Shown here: positions 56,870 to 64,000 of the stretch, in pieces | Numbering within the stretch: the first letter of the stretch is position 1 | Layout of the letters: each line of letters opens with the position of its first letter | Source: an uncultured bacterium | Lineage (GTDB): Bacteria > Actinomycetota > Coriobacteriia > Coriobacteriales > Coriobacteriaceae | Assembly: GCA_905215365.1 (NCBI GenBank) | Contig: CAJMPX010000002.1 | Coordinates: 79,801 to 143,800 of the forward strand | Length of the DNA stretch: 64,000 nt | Direction of reading: 5' to 3' | Notes under the pieces: model-generated | Database searches by the model: none | What the model saw: only the letters and a program-made list of their open reading frames with translations | Told to the model about the DNA's origin: nothing | Program-made: the position numbers and the translations under genes

Positions 56870-57760
56870 CTACTGAAGCGCCTGAGCGCCCAGGGCCAAG
56901 CAGCCCATAATGCCCTGTTTGCCCTCGAGGCTGTTGTTGACGATATAGCTATCAATGTCGGCCATCTCGGGCGTGACGATGTAGCCGTTGAGCATCTCGG
57001 CGCACTTCTTGCGCGCGAGCGGCACGATGGGGGTGTGGTCGGCCACGCCGCCACCGATGACGATCTTCTGCGGTGCGTAGCACAGGATGTAGGTCATGAG
57101 CGCCTGCGCCAGATAGCCGGCGAGCAGGTCCATGGCCTCCGGGTCATCGGCCATCTCTCCGGCGCTCTTGCCACCCCAGCGCTTTTTGACGCCGGGACCG
57201 GCGATGAGGCCCTCGAGGCAGTTGTCGTGGAAGGGGCAGCCGCTGTGCTCGCCGATGGTGTCGCGCGGGTCGCGCGTGACCAGGATGTGACCGGCCTCGG
57301 GATGCATCATGCCGTGCACGAGCTTACCGCCCGAGAGCACGCCGGCGCCCACGCCGGTACCGATGGTCAGATACACCACGTCAGTGAGGCCCTGGGCGCA
57401 ACCAAAGGTGACCTCGCCCAGGCAGGCGACGTTGACGTCGGTGTCGTAGCCGCAGGGAATATTGAGCTCGTTTTGGATGGTACCCAGCAGGTCAAAGTAG
57501 CGCCATGCCGTTTTGGGCGTCTCCAGGATCTTGCCGTATTGGGACGAGGCAGGGTTGACTGCGGTGGGGCCAAAGGCGCCGATGCCCAGCGCGGCGATGT
57601 CCTTGTCGGCAAACCATGCGTTGACGGCCTCAACGGTCTCCTGCGGGGTCGTGGTCGCAATCTGCTCGCGTTCCAGGACCGTGCCGTCTGCATAGCCCGT
57701 GGCGCAGACCATCTTGGTGCCGCCGGCCTCGAGCGCTCCGATAAGCTGCTGCTCTGCCAT
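56870..57760 (-). CDS. ROK family sugar kinase (fructokinase-like)
   Basis: EAGGTK, TDVN, TIGTGVG, HPEAGH, CPFHDNCLEG. Confidence 0.9.
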   Translation of the reverse strand: MAEQQLIGALEAGGTKMVCATGYADGTVLEREQIATTTPQETVEAVNAWFADKDIAALGIGAFGPTAVNPASSQYGKILETPKTAWRYFDLLGTIQNELNIPCGYDTDVNVACLGEVTFGCAQGLTDVVYLTIGTGVGAGVLSGGKLVHGMMHPEAGHILVTRDPRDTIGEHSGCPFHDNCLEGLIAGPGVKKRWGGKSAGEMADDPEAMDLLAGYLAQALMTYILCYAPQKIVIGGGVADHTPIVPLARKKCAEMLNGYIVTPEMADIDSYIVNNSLEGKQGIMGCLALGAQALQ

Positions 57761-57896
57761 AGTATTCCTCTCTGGACGAGTTGCTCCGTGACTAAAGTAT
57801 AGCGCTCTAAAAAATAAATGAGGTCGCTATAAAAAGAAACCTCATGGCCCAACGGGTTCACGAGGTTTCTTTAGTGCCTTTAGTTACTGACCGTCC

Positions 57897-59078
57897 TTAC
57901 CCGCGCGGGTTGATTTTATCACGTAGCGACTTGAGGTTCTCAAGCGCAGCGTTGAGCGTCTCGTCTCGCTTGGCAAAGTGGAAACGAATCAGATGGTTGA
58001 CGGGCTCGCGGAAGAAGCTCGAGCCCGGAACGGCGCCCACGCCCACCTTGGAGGCCAAATCCTCACAGAAGTCGAGGTCGCTGTCATAGCCAAACTCCGA
58101 GATATCCATCATCACATAGTAGGCGCCCTGCGGCACGTTGTGCTCAAGACCGATGCTATCGAGCCCCTGACAGAATAGGTCGCGCTTGGCGGTGTAGAGG
58201 TCGAGGACCTCCTGGTAATAGCTGTCGTCGAATTTGAGGGCGGTGACGACAGCTTCCTGCAGGGGAGCGGCAGCACCCACGGTGAGGAAGTCGTGGACCT
58301 TTTTAATGCGCTCGGTGATCTGGGCCGGGGCGATGGTGTAGCCCAGACGCCAGCCGGTGATGGAGTACGTCTTAGACAGCGAACTGCAGCTGATGGTTCG
58401 ATCGAACATGCCGGGCAGCGTGGCCATATAGACGTGCTCGTGGGGCGCGTAGACGATGTGCTCGTATACCTCGTCGGTAATGCAGTAGGCGTCGTACTTT
58501 TTGCAGAGGTCGGCGATTAAGGTGAGCTCCTCGCGCGTAAAGACCTTGCCGCAGGGGTTGGAAGGGTTGCACAGGACGATGGCCTTGGGATCGTTGTCGC
58601 GGAAGGCCGCCTCGAGTGTCTCGCGGTCAAAGTCGAACGCAGGTGGGTTAAGCGGCACGTAGATGGGCTCGGCACCCGAGAGGATCGTGTCGGCGCCGTA
58701 GTTCTCGTAGAATGGCGAGAAGATGACGACCTTGTCGCCGGGGTTTGTGACCGTCATCATGGCGGCCATCATGGCCTCGGTGGAGCCGCAGGTGACCACG
58801 ATGTTCTCGTTGGGGTTGATCGGCATGCCCATAAAGTGCTCCTGCTTGGCGGCAAGCGCCTCACGCATGGCCTGGGAGCCCCAGGTGATGGAGTACTGGT
58901 GATAGAGCGGCTTGGGGTCGCTGGCGATGGCGCTCAGGCTGTTGAGCAGCTGCGCCGGGGGATCGAAGTCGGGGAAGCCCTGCGACAGGTTGACGGCGCC
59001 ATACTTATTGGAGATGCGCGTCATGCGGCGGATGACCGAATCGGTAAACGTTGCCGTACGGTTGGAGAGTTCTTTCAT
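57897..59078 (-). CDS. PLP-dependent aminotransferase class I/II
   Basis: NLSQGFPDF, NPSNPCG, DEVYE, SLSKTYSITGWRLG. Confidence 0.92.
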   Translation of the reverse strand: MKELSNRTATFTDSVIRRMTRISNKYGAVNLSQGFPDFDPPAQLLNSLSAIASDPKPLYHQYSITWGSQAMREALAAKQEHFMGMPINPNENIVVTCGSTEAMMAAMMTVTNPGDKVVIFSPFYENYGADTILSGAEPIYVPLNPPAFDFDRETLEAAFRDNDPKAIVLCNPSNPCGKVFTREELTLIADLCKKYDAYCITDEVYEHIVYAPHEHVYMATLPGMFDRTISCSSLSKTYSITGWRLGYTIAPAQITERIKKVHDFLTVGAAAPLQEAVVTALKFDDSYYQEVLDLYTAKRDLFCQGLDSIGLEHNVPQGAYYVMMDISEFGYDSDLDFCEDLASKVGVGAVPGSSFFREPVNHLIRFHFAKRDETLNAALENLKSLRDKINPRG

Positions 59079-59243
59079 GCTTGTCCTTTCGAGCATTTGC
59101 AGTGGGGCAAGTTTACTCCTATGAAACCGGTGGGAATTGCTCGAAATGGTCTCGAAAAACTCTTTTCAAAATTCTTGAAAATTGGGGCTTGCATCGCGTG
59201 GCGTTCCTTGCAATAATAGTCGAGCGCGAAGCGCACAGGACAC

Positions 59244-59321
59244 GGTGGGTGTAGCTCAGTTGGCTAGAGCGACGGGTTGTGGTCCCGTAGGTCGAGGGTT
59301 CGAGTCCCTTTACCCACCCCA
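59244..59321 (+). tRNA. tRNA-His(GTG)
   Basis: G-1, GTGGGTG/TACCCAC acceptor, C73, GTG anticodon, encoded CCA. Confidence 0.95.
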
Positions 59322-59343
59322 GTTCTTGCTTCGTGTTGATATC

Positions 59344-59419
59344 GGGTCGTTAGCTCAGTTGGTAGAGCAGGGGACTCTTAATCCCAAGGTCCAGGGTTCG
59401 ACCCCCTGACGGCCCACCA
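59344..59419 (+). tRNA. tRNA-Lys(CTT), copy 1
   Basis: GGGTCGT/ACGGCCC acceptor, CT-CTT-AA loop, CCA. Confidence 0.95.
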
Positions 59420-59462
59420 CACGATATCTCCTCTAAAGTCCGCAACAACGGACTTTAGCTTT

Positions 59463-59538
59463 GGGTCGTTAGCTCAGTTGGTAGAGCAGGGGACTCTTAA
59501 TCCCAAGGTCCAGGGTTCGACCCCCTGACGGCCCACCA
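59463..59538 (+). tRNA. tRNA-Lys(CTT), copy 2
   Basis: Identical to copy 1. Confidence 0.95.
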
Positions 59539-59793
59539 AAGATTGTTAAGACGGTCAACTTCGGTTGGCCGTCTTTTTTATTAACCTCGCATGGGGCCGA
59601 ACCCGAAAGGGCGCGGAGCTGAGGAAATGCGTAGGCATTTACCAGCGCAGCGCGCAAGGCGCAAAGCGCCGAAGCGGCCGCCTGCAAAGCAGGCTGACCC
59701 CCTGACGGCCCACCAAAGATTGTTAAGACGGTCAGCGATAGTTGGCCGTCTTTTTTGTTGACCTTTCATGGGGTCGAACCCGAAAGGGCACGG
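59519..59793 (+). repeat. Direct repeat (177-bp period) of the tRNA-Lys 3' end, terminator and downstream sequence
   Basis: GACCCCCTGACGGCCCACCAAAGATTGTTAAGACGGTCA...GGCCGTCTTTTTT...CATGGGG.CGAACCCGAAAGGGC at 59519 and 59696. Confidence 0.85.
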
Positions 59794-59799
59794 CCGCTT

Positions 59800-60660
59800 T
59801 CACAGATCGAGTCTACCCTGGGGATCGGTAAAACCGTCAGTACCTTCCTTGAGTTTCTTCTCGTCTGCCTTCACGCGACGCTCGAGCTTTTTTGTATCCT
59901 CGGCAGGTGGCAGGTTCTCGGGGACAATTCCGCGGTCGATGAGGCTGCCACGCACGCTTGTGTTGTTCTCGACGTGCTCTTGCTTGATCTGGTCCAGACC
60001 GTACAGGTCGTGTTCCTCGGCGTTGAAGGCCGTCATCGAGTTCGTAAGGTCCTTTGCTTTGATGAGGACATCGGCTAACCTGTCCGCCAATGCCGCGCTC
60101 TTGGGTATGCCGAGCTGCTGCTTCATTTCCGCCGTGCTTCTGCCGCCGAATAACGCTTCGTCGCCCTTCGACTTGATGATCGCGAATCCTTTGGAGTCCA
60201 CGCCGCGTTTGAACGCAATACCCGAGAGCTGTATCTCTGAATCGGATAGCGAGTGGCGCGCCTGTAAGCTCTGAATCTCTGCAAAGCGCTGCTCTATGAG
60301 CTCTTGGCGGCGCGTCTGCACGGCAAAGTATGCCTGGGCGAGCGCGATCTCTGGCTTGTTTGAATCTCCGTTTTGGGCGATTAAATAGCATGCATAGCGC
60401 GTAAGCTTGTAGTCTTTAACCGCGCGAGCGGCGACACCGGCAGTTATCATTTTCGTGGTGTCACGAAAATGGGAATCAACTGGAGTTTTATTTGTTTCGC
60501 ACGAGACTTTTGCCCTCTTAACAACTTCGGCGAAGTTCTCCCATCGAGTGTATCCCATGGGTTCCATTAAATCGCGTGCGAGCCAATACTCAACGCCGTC
60601 TTCCACATTGGCGTAGCTATCAAGTTCGACACGCCACTTCTCGATATCTCTACTGTCCAT
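59800..60660 (-). CDS. dinD: DNA damage-inducible protein D-like (Bro-N-related)
   Basis: EYWLARDLM..MGYTRWENF, DYKLTRYACYLIAQNGD, AQAYFAVQTRRQE, PENLPPAED; GGAGGAG RBS. Confidence 0.8.
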   Translation of the reverse strand: MDSRDIEKWRVELDSYANVEDGVEYWLARDLMEPMGYTRWENFAEVVKRAKVSCETNKTPVDSHFRDTTKMITAGVAARAVKDYKLTRYACYLIAQNGDSNKPEIALAQAYFAVQTRRQELIEQRFAEIQSLQARHSLSDSEIQLSGIAFKRGVDSKGFAIIKSKGDEALFGGRSTAEMKQQLGIPKSAALADRLADVLIKAKDLTNSMTAFNAEEHDLYGLDQIKQEHVENNTSVRGSLIDRGIVPENLPPAEDTKKLERRVKADEKKLKEGTDGFTDPQGRLDL

Positions 60661-60821
60661 ATCTCCTCCTCGCTGATCTATTGTCTATGTGCGCTTTGCC
60701 CGCTCTGTACTCAGAATAAGGATACGCTGCCGTGTGGACACGAACGGGCCCCGTGCCACTTCGAGGTCACGGGGCCCATAGATATCGATTAGTTGTGCTC
60801 TGCTCTAGATAGGTGTCCAGT

Positions 60822-62348
60822 TTAATTCGATCGATAGTGCGAACCCAGGCTTTCGGTCCGCTTGCGCATGGCTTTGACCATCTCCGTTGCCAGCTGATTC
60901 TGCGATTGCAGGCGGGCGAGGGCTGCGATCTCGCTGTCATTGGCATGCGGCTTGCTCAGCGCCGTTGCCTCGTCTTTCAGGCTTTCAAGCTGTTGCAGGG
61001 CCTTGGATAGACCTGCTTCGGTCCTGTTGATCATGCAATAGGTACTCATCGTGTGCTTAAGGCTGTGTGTCAGGCGTTCGGCATCTGTTGTGGCAATGCC
61101 ATACTGAGGGAGGGCGATATCCATCGGAGCGGCCGCCTCGGGAGCGTCCAGCGCTGCTTGAGCCGCCGATGCGCCCGCGATGCGCCCGAATACGATGCCA
61201 TTGGCACTCGACAAGCCGCCGATGCGGTCGGCGCCGTGCATGCCGCCTGTTGCCTCACCGCAGGCGTAGAGGCCCTCAACGCCCGTGTACGCGGTCTTGT
61301 CGATTTTGATACCGCCGTTGGCGGCGTGGGCATACATCGCCACGCGCATCTCGTCGGTCGGCGCGATGCCGTACTCGTCTTGTAGCCAGGTAGCAAAGGT
61401 CTGCACAAACTCGGGGACGTCCTCGCGGGGGAAGTCGTAGTGGAGCGCCAGGCCTTCGGCTCCCGCTTCGTCGATGGCTAGGTCGATAGCGCGAGAATCC
61501 AGACGCGAAGTGAAGGGACCATATCCGGAGCGTTGCTCGAGCAGATCGTCGAGCTTATCGTCGGCGTTATCGACCGGCTGGTCGAACTTGACGTAGCGCC
61601 AGGTCTTCTCGTTAAAAACAAGGTTTCGCTTGGGCTCTATAAAGCCGGGCATCATCTGCATAAACTCTATATTAGTAAGGGACGCACCGTGCGCCAGCGC
61701 GATAGCCTGTGATGAGCTGAGCACGTCGGTGGAAGTGAGGCTGCGCTCGAACAGGCCACCCGTACCGCCCGCAGCGATGATAGTGGCCTTGACTGCCATA
61801 GGCACGAGACGCTCGTTTGTCCGGTCGTAGAGCGTGGCGCCGACAATCTTTCCGTCCGTATCTTCAACAAGGTCGATAAGCTCATGGCGGGGGAGCAGGC
61901 GAATGCCGAGTGACTCGATTCGGGTCGTCAGAGCGTCCTCAAGGGGCTTGCGGGTGAGGCCGCGCCACATGCGCGTCTTGTGGTCAAAGCAGGGGATAAA
62001 CTGCTTTTGCTGAGCGCTCTCAGCGCTTTGCGGACGCTGGAGCTCAACGCCCAGGTCTTGCTCGAGCCATTCAATTGCCTGGGGAATGCCGTGGACAAAC
62101 GTCTGGACAAGCTCGGGGTCGGCGACGCCGCCACCAACGGTCTGGATGGTGTCGATGAGGTCTTGTTCGTCGTCTTCGTTAACGGGTCCGATAAGCCCCA
62201 AGCCCCAGGTTCCGGGGAAGAAACTCGATCCACTCATAGTCTTGCCGGCGCTTGCCACAGCGACGGTTGCACCCGTGCGCGCCGCTTCGATGGCGGCGCA
62301 AAGGCCCGCAATGCCAGATCCAATTACCAGTACATCAGTCGATTCCAT
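60822..62348 (-). CDS. FAD-dependent oxidoreductase (L-aspartate oxidase/SdhA-like)
   Basis: VIGSGIAG, AAGGTGG, HAANGG, GLYACGE, HGADRIGG, RTESLGSH. Confidence 0.85.
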   Translation of the reverse strand: MESTDVLVIGSGIAGLCAAIEAARTGATVAVASAGKTMSGSSFFPGTWGLGLIGPVNEDDEQDLIDTIQTVGGGVADPELVQTFVHGIPQAIEWLEQDLGVELQRPQSAESAQQKQFIPCFDHKTRMWRGLTRKPLEDALTTRIESLGIRLLPRHELIDLVEDTDGKIVGATLYDRTNERLVPMAVKATIIAAGGTGGLFERSLTSTDVLSSSQAIALAHGASLTNIEFMQMMPGFIEPKRNLVFNEKTWRYVKFDQPVDNADDKLDDLLEQRSGYGPFTSRLDSRAIDLAIDEAGAEGLALHYDFPREDVPEFVQTFATWLQDEYGIAPTDEMRVAMYAHAANGGIKIDKTAYTGVEGLYACGEATGGMHGADRIGGLSSANGIVFGRIAGASAAQAALDAPEAAAPMDIALPQYGIATTDAERLTHSLKHTMSTYCMINRTEAGLSKALQQLESLKDEATALSKPHANDSEIAALARLQSQNQLATEMVKAMRKRTESLGSHYRSN

Positions 62349-62536
62349 CGGATTCCTTTCTCGTCCGGCGTATTGTCGCACGGGTGATCGGTAATGGGGC
62401 CGCAAAGACTCGGCAAATCGGTAAAGGGCACATATGACAGGTGGGCGTCATGGACGCTCTGACGTTTCATCTCGTCACATCTCGTATTTCGCCCCAACTG
62501 ATATATCGGCATTCGCTACCCTGCGATAGCGCAAAC

Positions 62537-62570
62537 AAAAAGAGCCGCTACCTCGAAAGGTAGCGGCTCT
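62537..62570 (-). terminator. Intrinsic terminator after the GGGtGRT gene
   Basis: AGAGCCGCTACC...GGTAGCGGCTCT with A-run on the + strand. Confidence 0.75.
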
Positions 62571-62604
62571 AAAGCTCAACTATATGAGCATCGCGTGGGC
62601 GCGA

Positions 62605-63615
62605 TTAGGCCTTGAGGGCCTCCTCGACGGCGACAGCGCAGGCGACGGTGGCACCGACCATGGGGTTATTGCCCATGCCGATGAGACCCATCATGTCGAC
62701 GTGCGCAGGCACGGAGGAAGAACCGGCGAACTGGGCGTCGGAGTGCATGCGGCCCATGGTGTCGGTCATGCCGTAAGAGGCAGGGCCGGCGCCCATGTTG
62801 TCCGGGTGCAGGGTACGGCCAGTGCCGCCACCAGAAGCGACGGAGAAGTACTTCTTGCCAGCCTCGAGGCGCTCCTTCTTGTAGGTGCCAGCGACGGGGT
62901 GCTGGAAGCGCGTGGGGTTGGTGGAGTTACCGGTGATCGAGATGTCGACGTTCTCGTGCCACATGATGGCAACGCCCTCGCGGACGTCGTCGGAGCCGTA
63001 GCAGTTAACGGCAGCGCGGGGACCATCGGAGTAGGGGATGGTCTCGACGACCTTGAGCTCGCCCGTGTAGTAGTCGAACTGGGTCTTCACGTAGGTGAAG
63101 CCGTTGATGCGGGCGATGATCTGAGCGGCGTCCTTGCCCAGACCGTTGAGGATAACGCGCAGCGGCTTCTTGCGAGCCTTGTTGGCGTTCAGAGCCAGGC
63201 CGATAGCGCCCTCAGCGGCAGCGAAGGACTCGTGGCCAGCCAGGAAGGCGAAGCACTCGGTGTCGTCGGAGAGCAGCATAGCGCCCAGGTTGCCGTGGCC
63301 CAGACCGACCTTGCGGTCCTCGGCGACGGAGCCGGGAACGGTGAAGGCCTGGATGCCCTCGCCGATGATGGCGGCAGCCTCAGAAGCGGTCTTGGCGCCA
63401 CGCTTGACAGCGAGAGCGCAACCGAGGGTGTAGGCCCACTCGGCGTTCTGGAAGGCGATGGACTGGGTGTTGTTGACGATCTCACGCGGGTTGAAGCCCT
63501 TGTCGGTGCAGATCTGCAGAGCTTCCTCGAGGGAGGCGATGCCGTTGTCGGCGAGGCACTTGTTGATCTTGTCAGCGCGGCGCTCGTAACCTTCGAACGT
63601 AACAGTCATAGTCAT
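62605..63615 (-). CDS. GGGtGRT protein
   Basis: SVASGGGTGRTLHPDN signature. Confidence 0.9.
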   Translation of the reverse strand: MTMTVTFEGYERRADKINKCLADNGIASLEEALQICTDKGFNPREIVNNTQSIAFQNAEWAYTLGCALAVKRGAKTASEAAAIIGEGIQAFTVPGSVAEDRKVGLGHGNLGAMLLSDDTECFAFLAGHESFAAAEGAIGLALNANKARKKPLRVILNGLGKDAAQIIARINGFTYVKTQFDYYTGELKVVETIPYSDGPRAAVNCYGSDDVREGVAIMWHENVDISITGNSTNPTRFQHPVAGTYKKERLEAGKKYFSVASGGGTGRTLHPDNMGAGPASYGMTDTMGRMHSDAQFAGSSSVPAHVDMMGLIGMGNNPMVGATVACAVAVEEALKA

Positions 63616-63627
63616 TTCCCTCCCTTT

Positions 63628-64000
63628 CTACTCGTGAACCGGGAACACGCTGGCGACGGAGTGAGTCTCCTCGTCGGTGCGCGGGTCGATGTACTTGGCA
63701 GCGTTCTCCCACTGACCATAGTGGCCCATAGCGCCAGCGATGGCCTCCTCGGGGGTCTTGCCGGCCTTGACGGCGTCGGTGAACTTGCCGAGGTTCAGGA
63801 ACTCGAACGCGATGATCTCGTTCTTGTCGTTGAGAGCCATGCGGGTGACGTAGCCCTGAGCGAGCTCGAGGTAACGAGCGCCCTTGGCCTTGGTGCCGAA
63901 CATGGTGCCGACCTGAGAGCGAAGGCCCTTGCCGAGGTCGTCGAGGGAGGCGCCCACGGGCAGGCCGCCCTCGGAGAACGCGGTCTGGCTGCGGCCGTAA
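63628..64000 (-). CDS. NifU-like Fe-S scaffold partner of the GGGtGRT protein (5' end outside the window)
   Basis: GRSQTAFSEGGLPVGA..LDDLGKGLRSQVGTM, ARYLE, YIDPR; usual neighbour of GGGtGRT genes. Confidence 0.7.
   Translation of the reverse strand, partial: YGRSQTAFSEGGLPVGASLDDLGKGLRSQVGTMFGTKAKGARYLELAQGYVTRMALNDKNEIIAFEFLNLGKFTDAVKAGKTPEEAIAGAMGHYGQWENAAKYIDPRTDEETHSVASVFPVHE

Noticed and set aside
59696..59715. Third tRNA-Lys gene
   Set aside because: Only the 3' ~20 nt are present; no D or anticodon arm.

Overview
GC-rich chromosomal window whose gene content and codon style suggest a Coriobacteriia gut actinobacterium, probably Collinsella-like (inference). Housekeeping genes include serC/serA, pckA, trpS, pncB, proB/proA, argS and rho; there are four tRNAs and a probable 6S RNA. 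A defence island at about 8.1-26.0 kb carries a type 1 BREX operon (brxA-brxB-brxC-pglX-pglZ-brxL). brxA is frameshifted at a G10 tract and a C4 run. pglX is split into two separately translated genes with an AT-rich HEPN-motif (RNGFAH) gene nested in the split. The island ends in a DUF3800 (RNase H-like) gene. That gene is preceded by a promoter with a Gram-positive LexA box and surrounded by three homologous ~60-nt two-hairpin sRNA-like units, each with its own extended -10 promoter and terminator. This DUF3800-sRNA module and the split-pglX/HEPN cassette are the best candidates for undescribed biology. The window also holds a RAYT transposase flanked by inverted REPs, several REP families sharing a GGGAC loop, MITE-like elements, an in-frame serC-serA read-through, and a duplicated tRNA-Lys 3' end next to a dinD-like gene. 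All protein family calls come from motif recognition by eye; no database search was run.
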